DNA of 64,000 nucleotides from an uncultured Gammaproteobacteria bacterium (lineage in GTDB: Bacteria > Patescibacteriota > Microgenomatia > Levybacterales > UBA12049), in assembly GCA_964497535.1 (NCBI GenBank), contig CAZCCG010000001.1, forward strand, positions 130,688-194,687, read 5' to 3'. A program made the translations under genes and the position numbers. The notes under the pieces were generated by a model, which saw only the letters and a list, made by a program, of their open reading frames with translations, had not been told where the DNA came from and searched no databases. Below are positions 45,118-55,544 of this stretch, piece after piece (position 1 is the first letter of the stretch; every line of letters starts with the position of its first letter).

Positions 45118-45762
45118 TTAGAGGTTTTTTATTTCATCTACAGAGATTTGTGTAAAGGAATCAATTATTTTTGTTGCCATCTTTAGATCGGCTTTTGTAT
45201 GAGTAGTTGTAATACCAATTGATTTCATTCCGGCACGATTTGCAGCTTCTATTCCAGCCGGTGCATCCTCAACAACAACGCATGTATCGGGAGTAACATT
45301 CAGTTTATGCGCCGCAAGTAAAAAAAGATCCGGATGTGGTTTGCCCAACGCAACATCATAGGAAGATGCTATAACAGAAAAGTACTTCCTCAGATCTAAT
45401 TTGTTCAGGACATATTCCACAAATTGCGTTCGTGATGCTGAGCCTACCGCAAGGAGTAATCCCTGTGCAGAAAGAGAAGCGATAAAGGGTTTGACATAAT
45501 CAATTGCTCTTATTTTGTCTTCATGCATATACATTCTTTGCCATTTTTCTTCCAATAGTTTTTGAGCAGACTCATGACTTTTATGTTGGGCAAGTATTTT
45601 TATGAACAGTTCCACATCTTTTGTACCTGAAAAGTGTTCGGTAATATATGTAGGGGAGAGAGTAATGCCAAATTTTTTCAGTACTTGGCTCTCAACTTGG
45701 GCATGGAGAGATTGAGTATCTGAGATGACGCCATCCATATCAAAGATAACTGCGTGTGTCAT
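45118..45762 (-). CDS. HAD-IA family hydrolase (beta-phosphoglucomutase-like phosphatase)
   Basis: Motif I VIFDMDGVISDT, motif IV VVVEDAPAGIEAANRAGM. Confidence 0.65.
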   Translation of the reverse strand: MTHAVIFDMDGVISDTQSLHAQVESQVLKKFGITLSPTYITEHFSGTKDVELFIKILAQHKSHESAQKLLEEKWQRMYMHEDKIRAIDYVKPFIASLSAQGLLLAVGSASRTQFVEYVLNKLDLRKYFSVIASSYDVALGKPHPDLFLLAAHKLNVTPDTCVVVEDAPAGIEAANRAGMKSIGITTTHTKADLKMATKIIDSFTQISVDEIKNL

Positions 45763-46019
45763 AGCTACATTATAAAATATATTTGAAGAGTTTGATTGAC
45801 AAAAACGAGCCTAATTGCTGACAAAATAAAGACGGGAAGAGGTGGGGAAGAGAGGAGCCGAAAAAAACACGAAAAAGAAAAATGATACAGTTAATATTAG
45901 TGATGTAGTATGATATAGTTATTGTCTTATAGTGTAAAGTTGTCGTAGACAGACGATGACTGCTAATCCTTTTCACGATATCCTATAATTTTCACAGGAT
46001 GCATACAATTGCATGGGGA

Positions 46020-46028
46020 TGTGGATAA
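46020..46028 (-). promoter_or_regulatory. isolated perfect DnaA-box 9-mer (TGTGGATAA on plus strand)
   Basis: Lies within the 580-bp non-coding region 45763-46343. May be coincidental. Confidence 0.25.
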
Positions 46029-46343
46029 GTGATAGAGCGCGTTGGGTGTGGCACGTAGCATGTAGAGAACAAAATAAAGTATTATATTTGATATTAACTA
46101 CACGCTATACGCTACTAACTACACGCTGCTACGGATGCTCTTCTCTATTACTGGATTGGAGAAGTACCCCGCTCTTTCATATGTCTACGTCGCACAATAA
46201 ATGTTGGCAGATTGTCATAAGAAATTGTGGACAATCCGCCGATTCTATAATCATTATAATTTTTATAAAAGTTATAAGAATTATAGTGAGAAAATTCGAA
46301 GAGATTTTTGCGGATTAGAGAGAGTCTTCTCTCCTCCATTCAC

Positions 46344-47462
46344 TCAGGAGTATTGGTTTATAAAGAATTCTACGTTTTGGCGTGCCTGGGAATCGGTAAA
46401 TTGCTTGGGAGGAGACTTCATAAAGTAAGAAGATGGTTCTTCTAAAGGTCCCCCAATCTTGTGATCCAATGCAATTTTACAGCAGCGAATAGCATCAATT
46501 ACAACGCCTGCGGAGTTGGGTGAATCTTCTACGGATAGTCGTACTTCAATATCCATGGGTATATCTCCAAAATGCCTGCCTTCAATTCTAATAAATGCGA
46601 GTTTGTTGTCTTTGAGCCATGGTACATAATCACTGGGTCCGATATGCACATCATCTGAATCGATATCCAGATCGTGCAATTTGATTTGTGAGGTAACCGA
46701 TCTGGTTTTTGAGATTTTCTTGGACGTAAGACGTTTTCTCTCAAGCATATTTTGGAAATCAGTATTGCCCCCAACGTTTAGTTGATATGTCCGGTCAATC
46801 GGCATCCCTCGATCCAGGAATAAATTAACCAAGGTTCTGTGTACTATCGTTGCCCCAACTTGTGATTTGATATCATCTCCGATAATTGGAACTTTTGCAT
46901 CTATAAATTTCTTTGCCCATGCTGGATCTGACGCTATAAAAACAGGTATACAATTAATCATTGCAACTTTGGCTTTGAGACAGACCTGTGCCCAATATTC
47001 TGTTGCTTTCTGACTGCCAACGGGTAAATAATTAACCAGAATTTGTGCACCGCTATTTTTGAGTATTTCGACAGGGTCTGTGATTTTTTCTTGACTGAGG
47101 GTAATAAGATCTTTTACATACTCTCCTACCCCATCCATTGCCCTGGCATTATGAACCTTTATACCGGTCCGTTTTACTTTGGCAAAAATAACCGTATTAT
47201 TCGGATATGCATACATTGCATCAGCAAGGTCTTTGCCTACTTTTGTTTTGTTGATGTCAAATGCAGCGACTATTTCAATATCTGAAATGGTATATCCTCC
47301 CAGTACCGTATGCATCAGCCCTACCACACGTTTTTCATCTTTCACATTTTTGTAATAGGTTAATCCCTGAACCAATGATGATGCACAGTTCCCTACTCCC
47401 AGTAATGCTACTTTAATAGGTGAATTTTCTATTTTCTTTTTTCGAGTTGTAATGCGTGCCAT
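46344..47462 (-). CDS. myo-inositol-1-phosphate synthase
   Basis: VALLGVGNCASSLVQGL Rossmann motif, NVGGNTDFQNMLERKRLTSKKISK (MIPS NxGGNxDF motif), 372 aa from the ATG at 47462. Confidence 0.75.
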   Translation of the reverse strand: MARITTRKKKIENSPIKVALLGVGNCASSLVQGLTYYKNVKDEKRVVGLMHTVLGGYTISDIEIVAAFDINKTKVGKDLADAMYAYPNNTVIFAKVKRTGIKVHNARAMDGVGEYVKDLITLSQEKITDPVEILKNSGAQILVNYLPVGSQKATEYWAQVCLKAKVAMINCIPVFIASDPAWAKKFIDAKVPIIGDDIKSQVGATIVHRTLVNLFLDRGMPIDRTYQLNVGGNTDFQNMLERKRLTSKKISKTRSVTSQIKLHDLDIDSDDVHIGPSDYVPWLKDNKLAFIRIEGRHFGDIPMDIEVRLSVEDSPNSAGVVIDAIRCCKIALDHKIGGPLEEPSSYFMKSPPKQFTDSQARQNVEFFINQYS

Positions 47463-47532
47463 ATATGAGTATAATAACAAACAATAGTTAGCAAGTAAAA
47501 TTAATGTATTTTATTATCCATAAATAATAATT

Positions 47533-48369
47533 ATGAATATTGAGTTGGAACGATTTATTACACTTGTCCAAATAGGTTCTTTTACCAAAGCTTCAGAAAA
47601 ACTATTTATTACCCAACCTGCTCTCTCTCTTTCCATCCAGAGGCTTGAAAAAGAATTGGGAGTGCGTTTATTTCGTTCCGTTGCTAAACATATCCATCTG
47701 ACATCCGAGGGAGAATTGATATATGAGATTGCTTTGGGAATGCAGCGGCTCTGGCATAGTGCCAAAGATATAAAAACAACATACCGTGCATTATCAAAAT
47801 ATAGATTTGGATTATATGATAATGCTGCATTAAAACTATCAAAATATTTTCAAAAAAAGCTTGAAAAAGATCGGTTTGAAATTGGGATAGATCGGTCTCT
47901 GTCTCTATTAAAAAGCCTCAATAGTGGTATTTTTGATGTAGTAATTTGTGTTGTTCCCGAAGATTTAAAGTTTTTCCCAAATGTTATTTTAGTTCATTCA
48001 TTTTCGGAATTGTTGGTACCAGTATCAGAAAAAAAATGGAGAGAAGAAGTTTCACAAATCCCATTTATACTCTACAACAAGGGGTCGGAGACGCAGCGAT
48101 ACATTGATATGGTATTTTTAGAACATGGGATAAAACCGAAGGTTATTGTGGAATCAACAGATCCATCATTTATGCGGCAATTAGCGCTTGGAAATTGTGG
48201 CGTAGCGATTTTGCCCAGAAATATTGTCGAACAAGAATTAAAACGAAAAAAACTATTTATCCAAAGACTTCCTTTTCAATTCCGCAGAAATGTTGGAGTA
48301 TTTATTGGAAAAAATAGCACAATCAAAGAGGATAAAAAAGTTCTTACTGAGATAGTGAAGTATCTATAG
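47533..48369 (+). CDS. LysR-family transcriptional regulator
   Basis: N-terminal HTH LERFITLVQIGSFTKASEKLFITQPALSLSIQRLEKELGVRLF plus a substrate-binding domain. Divergent from the inositol-phosphate synthase gene. Confidence 0.7.
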   Translation: MNIELERFITLVQIGSFTKASEKLFITQPALSLSIQRLEKELGVRLFRSVAKHIHLTSEGELIYEIALGMQRLWHSAKDIKTTYRALSKYRFGLYDNAALKLSKYFQKKLEKDRFEIGIDRSLSLLKSLNSGIFDVVICVVPEDLKFFPNVILVHSFSELLVPVSEKKWREEVSQIPFILYNKGSETQRYIDMVFLEHGIKPKVIVESTDPSFMRQLALGNCGVAILPRNIVEQELKRKKLFIQRLPFQFRRNVGVFIGKNSTIKEDKKVLTEIVKYL

Positions 48370-48376
48370 AAATAGT

Positions 48377-49483
48377 TTATCTTAAGTCAAGAGTAGCACC
48401 TTTATATACTATATTTTTTGGTTTAATAATGACTTGTTTTTCACCTTTTTCTATATATCCCGCATCCAGTCCCTTGAATTTATTTTTCTTTACAATCTGC
48501 AACGCTTTTTTCATATGTTTTTGGGGAATAAAGATAGCGTAATCCTGCCCCATATTATATGTTTGGTAGATTTCATAATCATCTGTATTGGCATGCTTTT
48601 GAATGAATAAAAATATTTCTTGCGGATCAAATATTTTTTCAATTATGTAGGTAAATTTCCCCCGTGCTCGCATAATTTTTCGCATCCCATGTCCGGTGAT
48701 ATTTGATATGTAGTGGATATCTATATCAGCCTTTAGTAAATCCTGGATAAGCTTTGCATAAATATTTGATTTGGTTAACAGTGCTTCTCCATAATAGGTT
48801 CCATTTTTTAATTTTGTTGCATAACCTTTGGGCAATCTCTTTGCAAGTGCGCGAGTCAGAGAAATACCATTTGCATTTACACCATTACTTTTAATAAGTA
48901 ATATCCTATCACCTGATTTTAATTTGTTATCGGTTACCAACCTTTTCTTATCTGTAATAATTCCAATGGCAGATCCTGCAAACTCCGCTACGTCTTTTTT
49001 TACGATTTGTTTCATGGTTGCTGTTTCTCCTCCGCCCCATGTGGCACCGGCTATATCACATGCATTTTTCCATCCAATAATTAAATCAGTCATCCGTTTT
49101 TTATCAGCAAGCCATGTGTTATCTTCAATTGCCCAATAAGCATGAATCACAAGTGGTTTTGCTCCTACACAGATAAGATCATTAATGATGGTAGCGATAG
49201 TATCATGAGCGACAATGTCATAATACGTTTTGCCGGTAGTTTTTCTCATGCCATCTGCGATTAAATTTTTGGTTCCCAAACCTTCTATAACTGATGCCAT
49301 GAAATAGTTTCCTTGTTTCCAGACAAATGCGGATTCCCCTCTCGTCTCTGAAACTTCAGGAAACCCCGATTTTTTTAAATGTATAGAAGTTTTTTTTGCT
49401 GCAGTTTGGAACAATTTTTTAATGGGGTCTTTTGTTTCATAGTTATCCCCTACTTGAGAGTATGTAATTTTTTGTTTTTTCAT
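48377..49483 (-). CDS. purM: phosphoribosylformylglycinamidine cyclo-ligase (AIR synthetase), divergent
   Basis: EGLGTKNLIA (DGVGTK), AHDTIATIINDLICVGAKPL, GGGETATM, KSNGVNANGISL and NITGHG, in PurM order. Last gene of the pur operon. Confidence 0.7.
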   Translation of the reverse strand: MKKQKITYSQVGDNYETKDPIKKLFQTAAKKTSIHLKKSGFPEVSETRGESAFVWKQGNYFMASVIEGLGTKNLIADGMRKTTGKTYYDIVAHDTIATIINDLICVGAKPLVIHAYWAIEDNTWLADKKRMTDLIIGWKNACDIAGATWGGGETATMKQIVKKDVAEFAGSAIGIITDKKRLVTDNKLKSGDRILLIKSNGVNANGISLTRALAKRLPKGYATKLKNGTYYGEALLTKSNIYAKLIQDLLKADIDIHYISNITGHGMRKIMRARGKFTYIIEKIFDPQEIFLFIQKHANTDDYEIYQTYNMGQDYAIFIPQKHMKKALQIVKKNKFKGLDAGYIEKGEKQVIIKPKNIVYKGATLDLR

Positions 49484-50133
49484 AAGCTATATAATAACTG
49501 TCTATTGATGTGTTGTAAACTCTCAACTATCGCATGAGCTTTTGAAAAATCATGATCTCGTGTATATAACGTGGGTACGGCAATTATCTTCATGCCGGCG
49601 GTATACGCAGATAACACTCCAATTTCAGAATCTTCTATAGCGATGCATTTGGATGGTTTTAGTCGTAATTTTTTTGCCGCAGCAAGATAAATATCAGGAG
49701 CAGGTTTATGTTTTAGATGAAGACTGGGACCGCTGATTACTTCAAAGAAATGGGTAATTCCAAGGTTCTCTAATGCAAGATGTATATGGGCGAAATTTCT
49801 ACTTGATGCAAGAGCAATTCTTATTTTCTCGTTTTGCAGAAGACGAATGGCTTTTTTAAAACCGGGCATCGGAGAAAGTTTTTTTTGTAAGAGGCGTTCA
49901 TAGATATCTCTTCTTTTCCTTTTGAAGTTTTCCAAGCTGTCATTTATACTATGTTTCTTCATGATGATTTTGTAACTATCATCCCCTGCTGCACCAACTA
50001 TTTGGATAAGGCCATTTTTATGACGAATGGGCACTTGTCCATATTCTTTCAAAAGTACTTCAAGGGATAGTGATTGAAGTGGTTCGCTATCAACGATGAC
50101 ACCGTCCATGTCAAAAATTACTGCTTTGATCAT
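49480..50133 (-). CDS. HAD-IA family phosphatase embedded in the pur operon
   Basis: MIKAVIFDMDGVIVDSEP motif I. The ATG at 50133 abuts the purQ stop; the longer ORF to 50232 would overlap purQ by 100 nt. Confidence 0.6.
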   Translation of the reverse strand: MIKAVIFDMDGVIVDSEPLQSLSLEVLLKEYGQVPIRHKNGLIQIVGAAGDDSYKIIMKKHSINDSLENFKRKRRDIYERLLQKKLSPMPGFKKAIRLLQNEKIRIALASSRNFAHIHLALENLGITHFFEVISGPSLHLKHKPAPDIYLAAAKKLRLKPSKCIAIEDSEIGVLSAYTAGMKIIAVPTLYTRDHDFSKAHAIVESLQHINRQLLYSL

Positions 50134-50930
50134 TTGAAATATGTTACTGAGTTTTTGAAGATTTGCAATCCTGGTCCATGTTTGGGTATATCTTTTCCGT
50201 CTCTTTGTAATTGTTCTTTGAGAAAGGTCCAATTGGGTAAATGGGTAAAAGCAATTGCGCGTTCGGGGTGAGGCATCAATCCAAAGATTCTACCTGTCTC
50301 ATCAGTGAGTCCAGCAATATTATCCACCGATCCATTGGGATTTGGTTGCAAGCCTTGGTAATTGCAGATTACACCGTCATAGTAGCGAAGCGCAATAAGA
50401 TTTTTTTTATGGAGAGCATCAAGTATTTTCGGTTCTACAAATACTTTTCCCTCGCCATGCGCAATTGGTACGGAAAAACTCTCGATGCCTACAAGCCATG
50501 GTGTTTTATTTTCTACTTTTACATCCACCCAGCGCACTGTATAACGTGCATTATCATTATGAAGCAGCGCGACTTCTTGCTTGCCATAATTCTTGCCCAG
50601 TGCCGGTACCAATCCCAAGTTAGTTAAAATTTGAAAGCCATTGCAGATGCCAATCACGAGATGATCTTTTTCTACAAAACGTTTTATCTGTTCCCAGAGC
50701 CGATTTTTAATCCGTTGTGCATATGCGTTCCCTGATCCGGTGTGGTCTCCATACGAGAATCCACCGGGGAGTGCTAGAATTTGAAACTGTTGCAGATTTT
50801 TGTCGCCCGCTACCAAATCGTTGATATGCACGATTTCTCCTTTGGCACCGGCCAGTTCAAATGCGTACTTGGTTTCTTCTTCACAATTAAGTCCAAATCC
50901 TGAAAAAATTAAAACTTTTGGTTTTGCCAT
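50130..50930 (-). CDS. purQ: phosphoribosylformylglycinamidine synthase subunit PurQ (glutaminase)
   Basis: MAKPKVLIFSGFGLNCEEE..., the catalytic ICNGFQIL and GLMPHPER. Confidence 0.85.
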   Translation of the reverse strand: MAKPKVLIFSGFGLNCEEETKYAFELAGAKGEIVHINDLVAGDKNLQQFQILALPGGFSYGDHTGSGNAYAQRIKNRLWEQIKRFVEKDHLVIGICNGFQILTNLGLVPALGKNYGKQEVALLHNDNARYTVRWVDVKVENKTPWLVGIESFSVPIAHGEGKVFVEPKILDALHKKNLIALRYYDGVICNYQGLQPNPNGSVDNIAGLTDETGRIFGLMPHPERAIAFTHLPNWTFLKEQLQRDGKDIPKHGPGLQIFKNSVTYFK

Positions 50931-50931
50931 A

Positions 50932-53900
50932 TTAATATCCTTTAAATGGTGATCGATAATGATCCAAACATGTTTGTATATCCGCTTTGACAATTACATT
51001 TTTTCCTTTGTCAGTAATAGTAATAGCATCAGTATTTGTCACCATGCCAATCAGTGAATGAGGAATGCGGGCAAAGAGTTTTTCAAATGAGTTTTTATTT
51101 TTAGGATTTATCGTTACCAGTATCCGCCCTTGGGATTCTGAAAAAAGTGTGAAGTCATCACGAGTCGTTTTGCCTACTACTTTGTTTAGATTAATCTCCA
51201 ATCCTAATTCTCCTCCCATTGCGGTTTTCGCAAGTGCTAATCCTAGCCCTCCAAGTCCCACACTGATTGCCGAAGTGATTATATTTTTTTGAACTGCTTT
51301 AAAATATGTTTGGTACATTATTTTATTCTTCTTTGCGTTTACTTTGGGAAGTATTCCCGCAACTGCTGCGTCTTTCTTATTTTTCTCGTTCAGATACCAG
51401 AAATATTCTGATGCTCCCATCTCATCAAAAGTTTCACCCAACATATATACTAAGTCACCGGCAAATTTAGCATCCAAGGATACTACTTTTGCCGCATCGG
51501 GAATAACACCAATGGAAGAAATCAAAAGTGTTGGGGGAATAGATACCTTAATAGGATTATTGTGTTTGTCAAATCCTTTAAAGTCATTAAACATACTGTC
51601 TTTTCCTGAAATAAAAGGGGTTTGGTATGCAACAGCATAGTCATAACAGGCTTTTACCGCAAGTTTGAGTTGATACAAACGCTCCGGTTCATTGGAAGAA
51701 CACCAGCAAAAGTTATCCAATAGTGCCATATAATCGATATTTCCTCCGACTGTGACTGCATTGCGTACTGCCGTATCAATTGCACAGGCAGCCATAGTAT
51801 AGGTATCAATATCCGAATAATGAGGGTTAATACCTTGTGATAATACAACTGCTTTTTGAGAATTGAGAACCGGTCGTATTACTGTTGCGTCCGCATTTAT
51901 TCGTCCTCTTCCCTGGATAGGTTTGAGGACTAATCCTGCTTGGACTTCATGGTCGTACTGATTTGATATAAATTCAAAACTTGCCGTATTGAGCCGTGAA
52001 AGCATGCCATAAAATAATGGGGTACTATCTTTTAACTTTGGTAAGATGGGCTTTTTCACTGTGGGTTTCAATAGCTTTGTCTTCATGGGGCGCGGTGGTA
52101 ATCCATCATGTAGAAAATCCATAGCGACATCCATAATAATTTTCCCATGGAAGGATACTTGGCATTTGCCCGTATCCGTGAATTTACCGATAATGGTTGC
52201 TTCTACTCCGCGGCTTTCCATAAGTTTTTGGAATCGATCCCATTTATGGGGAGGTACTGCCAATGTCATTCTCTCTTGCGATTCTGATATCCATATTTCC
52301 CATGGTTGTAGTCCGGGATATTTCAAAGGTACTTTCTCAAGCCATACATCACAACCGCCTGATTCTTGAGCCATCTCCGCAACTGAACAGGATAATCCTC
52401 CCGCGCCATTATCAGTAATACTGTTATAGAGTCCGCAATCTCGTGCCTCGTTGACCAAAACTTCGGAAAGGAGTCTTTGGGTATCTGCAATACCATCGAT
52501 TACGCCGTCATGACGGGCTTCTTTTACTATCGCGTCTGACAACTTCTTCTGGGTGATAGGATCTCCAATTTGAACTGCAGTGGCAGGACTGCCCGAATCC
52601 AGCGCTACAGATGAAAATGTTGCACCATGAATACCATCAAGTCCGACTTTTCCTCCTACCATTACGATGTAATCACCGGGTTTCGCCTGTTTCTCATAAG
52701 AAGGTTTTCCTCCTATTTTTTCAGGAATAAGACCTACCGTACCTACAAATACCATGGGCTTTCCTTTAAATCTTTTATCAAAAAAAAGAAATCCTTGGGG
52801 TGTTGGAATACCGGAACAATTTCCTCCATTATTAACGCCTTCTATAACCCCTTTCATGATGCGTCGAGGAGAAAGCATTTTTTGTCGAAAGTTTGAAACT
52901 CGATACAGGGGTTCGCTATCGTTGGGGTCTGCAAAACAAAAACCATAGGTGTTGATGATTGGCTTTGCCCCCAATCCAAATCCAAGCGCATCCCGATTAA
53001 CTCCGACGATGCCGGTGACCGCTCCGCCAAATGGATCAAGTGCGGAAGGAGAATTATGAGTTTCTGCCTTATGAGTTATCAAATATGTATCATCAAATCT
53101 GATCGCGCCTGAATTATCGGTAAAAACAGATACACAAAAATCTTTCTTCCCTTTTAATTTTCTGATTTTTTCCGTTGCTCCTTTAATGTATGTTTTGAAT
53201 AATCCTTTGGTAATATCATCAATTGCATCGGCAAAAATAGTATGTTTACAATGTTCAGACCACGTTTGGGCAAGGGATTCCAGTTCAATATCTGTCGGGG
53301 TACGATCATGCAGGGAAAAATAAGTCTTGATTGCTTGCATGTAGGTCAGATCCAATGCCAATGGTCCCCCTCGTTCGCCTTCACCATTTACAATACCCAG
53401 CTTTCCAATATTAATGAGTTCTTCATCTGAAACATTAAGATCAACAAATCCCACACTGGATGCCTGGACCAATTTAACGCGGGGAATAACAAAATCCATC
53501 CCATTATCCTGCTGAAATTCTTTGAAGCTTTTAATACTAATTCTTTGAATAAGCGGATTTGCCAAATTCTCAGCGATAATAATCGCATCTTGCCGGGATA
53601 AATTCCCAAGGATAAACGTCATCTGAGTAGTATAAACACCTTCTCCCGGTTGGAACGTAATTTTTAGTAGATCTTCAATGGCTTCTTTTGCAGTTGCTGC
53701 CAAGTTATCGGTTACGCCGGGGAGTAATCCTACTTCAATTGCCCAAGAAAAAGTTTTCGGAGCATTAAATTTTCGTGATTTACCATTTTTTTTGTAGGAA
53801 TATTCTTGTCCTTCCTGAGAAATAGGATTTGAAAGCATGGAGGTTACTTGTTTCAGTTGTTTGGGAGTAAGGTCTTTCTCAATGGTATAAACGTCAACCA

Positions 53901-54009
53901 GATCAATATTTCTAATACGTTTGGCAATCCCAATACTTTTGAGCCATTTCCGTCTCACATCAGCTCGTGTATCAAAAACCTTTGCCGCTATTTCAATTCT
54001 ATGAATCAT
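50932..54009 (-). CDS. purL: phosphoribosylformylglycinamidine synthase PurL with an N-terminal extension (possible PurS-like fusion)
   Basis: About 1025 aa. PurL/AIRS-like duplicated domains and conserved motifs throughout. The ORF-track start at 54054 is a TTG; the ATG at 54009 (MIHRIEIAAKVF...) is preferred. Confidence 0.85.
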   Translation of the reverse strand: MIHRIEIAAKVFDTRADVRRKWLKSIGIAKRIRNIDLVDVYTIEKDLTPKQLKQVTSMLSNPISQEGQEYSYKKNGKSRKFNAPKTFSWAIEVGLLPGVTDNLAATAKEAIEDLLKITFQPGEGVYTTQMTFILGNLSRQDAIIIAENLANPLIQRISIKSFKEFQQDNGMDFVIPRVKLVQASSVGFVDLNVSDEELINIGKLGIVNGEGERGGPLALDLTYMQAIKTYFSLHDRTPTDIELESLAQTWSEHCKHTIFADAIDDITKGLFKTYIKGATEKIRKLKGKKDFCVSVFTDNSGAIRFDDTYLITHKAETHNSPSALDPFGGAVTGIVGVNRDALGFGLGAKPIINTYGFCFADPNDSEPLYRVSNFRQKMLSPRRIMKGVIEGVNNGGNCSGIPTPQGFLFFDKRFKGKPMVFVGTVGLIPEKIGGKPSYEKQAKPGDYIVMVGGKVGLDGIHGATFSSVALDSGSPATAVQIGDPITQKKLSDAIVKEARHDGVIDGIADTQRLLSEVLVNEARDCGLYNSITDNGAGGLSCSVAEMAQESGGCDVWLEKVPLKYPGLQPWEIWISESQERMTLAVPPHKWDRFQKLMESRGVEATIIGKFTDTGKCQVSFHGKIIMDVAMDFLHDGLPPRPMKTKLLKPTVKKPILPKLKDSTPLFYGMLSRLNTASFEFISNQYDHEVQAGLVLKPIQGRGRINADATVIRPVLNSQKAVVLSQGINPHYSDIDTYTMAACAIDTAVRNAVTVGGNIDYMALLDNFCWCSSNEPERLYQLKLAVKACYDYAVAYQTPFISGKDSMFNDFKGFDKHNNPIKVSIPPTLLISSIGVIPDAAKVVSLDAKFAGDLVYMLGETFDEMGASEYFWYLNEKNKKDAAVAGILPKVNAKKNKIMYQTYFKAVQKNIITSAISVGLGGLGLALAKTAMGGELGLEINLNKVVGKTTRDDFTLFSESQGRILVTINPKNKNSFEKLFARIPHSLIGMVTNTDAITITDKGKNVIVKADIQTCLDHYRSPFKGY

Positions 54010-54092
54010 ATAAATGCTAATGCATGCGAATGATAATACTTCTAATTCATCCAAATTACAACACTACAAAAACTCATTGTAGATGTATGAAC

Positions 54093-55544
54093 TCATTCGG
54101 AGATATTCGCACTATTTTTATTTGAATACATTCGAATTACATCTCTCCAGCCAATGTCTGTTCTGTAGTGAAGATTATTGCCTTCAATGGTGATTATTGC
54201 CAATGCTCCATACGCTCTGACCCGTGCTTGTATAACCGTTTCTCCCTCTGCCACGACATGAAATACCCTACCGCCATTTGCCAACAATTTTTTCCCTGTG
54301 CTTTTTATTCCTGCGCCAAAAATAGTAATACCGGGTAGTTTTGATGCTTGTATGAGTCCAAAAATCTCTTTATCTTTTGCTTGGGAATAATCATCAGGAT
54401 ATCCCATTGAGCATCCTGCAATACTGATGCGGACTTTTTTATCAAATGTAATTTTTATTTTCTTTAAGTTGTCGGACAAAACTGCATCAACAAGGTCCAT
54501 ATAGTCGGTTTGGATAGATGGGATAATAACTTCTGCTTCCGGATCTCCCCAGCGGGCATTAAATTCTATAATTTTTACCATAGGTTTTATTGTTCGAGCC
54601 TTGCGAGAACTTCTCACTTTGTTCGAAGAATAATTTTGTCGTGTTATAATCATTCCTCCTAAATATAAAATTCCCCTATAAGGGCGGCCTTCCTTTTGCA
54701 TCCCGTTCATAAAGGGTTTAAGAATCTTTTTCTCAACTTCCGCAAGAATTTTTTTAGTTACAATACGGGGAGGTGCTACACATCCCATCCCACCGGTGTT
54801 GGGTCCGTGGTCTTTGTTATATACAGTCTTATGGTCTTGTGCAGCTTTGGCAATGACATAATCGGTACCATCACAGATGGCAAAGAGGGAAAATTCTTCA
54901 CCGATCATACCTTCTTCTATCAGAAAGGTTTCCCCCGCTTTCCCAAATTGTTTCATTGATTTGATGGCGGTAATTGCCTGGTCTGTTGTTTGTGCGCGTA
55001 TTGCGCCCTTTCCTCCGGCAAGCCCCGCTGCTTTAATGTACAGCAAAATATTGTCATTCCCGTGAACACGGGAAGCCAGAGAAATCCTGGATCCTTGATC
55101 AGGTCCAGGATGACGATAAAGTTTCTTAATATATTCAATGGCTTTTTTTTCATCAGTAAATGATTCGTAATGAGGGATTGGAAGATTATATTTCTTCATG
55201 AAATCCCGTGCCCAATCTTTATTCCATTCAATCTCAGCTGCTTTTTGTGTCGGACCAAATGCGGATATCCCTACTTTTTGAAATTTGTCTACATATCCTT
55301 GGAAAATACAATCGTCTTGGGAAACGTCAACGAAATTTATTTTTTCAATTTTACAAATTGGAAGAATTGCATCAAAATCAAATGGATTTATATCAGGATA
55401 ATTTTTTATTTTATTGCTTCCTAGTTTTGTTAATCCATTTCCTGGAATCATGATAACTTTTTTTACCTTATCACTTTTTGCGTATGCAGTTGCCAATGCA
55501 TGTTCCCGGCCATTGGCTGTTATGATCAAAACGTTTTTTTTCAT
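54093..55544 (-). CDS. purD: phosphoribosylamine--glycine ligase
   Basis: MKKNVLIITANGREHALATAYAKS... and the ATP-grasp EFNARWGDPEAEV motif. 483 aa with an insertion. Confidence 0.85.
   Translation of the reverse strand: MKKNVLIITANGREHALATAYAKSDKVKKVIMIPGNGLTKLGSNKIKNYPDINPFDFDAILPICKIEKINFVDVSQDDCIFQGYVDKFQKVGISAFGPTQKAAEIEWNKDWARDFMKKYNLPIPHYESFTDEKKAIEYIKKLYRHPGPDQGSRISLASRVHGNDNILLYIKAAGLAGGKGAIRAQTTDQAITAIKSMKQFGKAGETFLIEEGMIGEEFSLFAICDGTDYVIAKAAQDHKTVYNKDHGPNTGGMGCVAPPRIVTKKILAEVEKKILKPFMNGMQKEGRPYRGILYLGGMIITRQNYSSNKVRSSRKARTIKPMVKIIEFNARWGDPEAEVIIPSIQTDYMDLVDAVLSDNLKKIKITFDKKVRISIAGCSMGYPDDYSQAKDKEIFGLIQASKLPGITIFGAGIKSTGKKLLANGGRVFHVVAEGETVIQARVRAYGALAIITIEGNNLHYRTDIGWRDVIRMYSNKNSANISE

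Noticed and set aside
54030-54150. Similarity of the purD/purL junction (ATGCGAATGATAATAC..., ATTCGAATTA, TTCGCACTATTT) to the 35081-35170 palindromic element
   Set aside because: Most of the matching segment lies inside the purD and purL coding sequence, and the matches are short, gapped and AT-rich, so it is likely chance.
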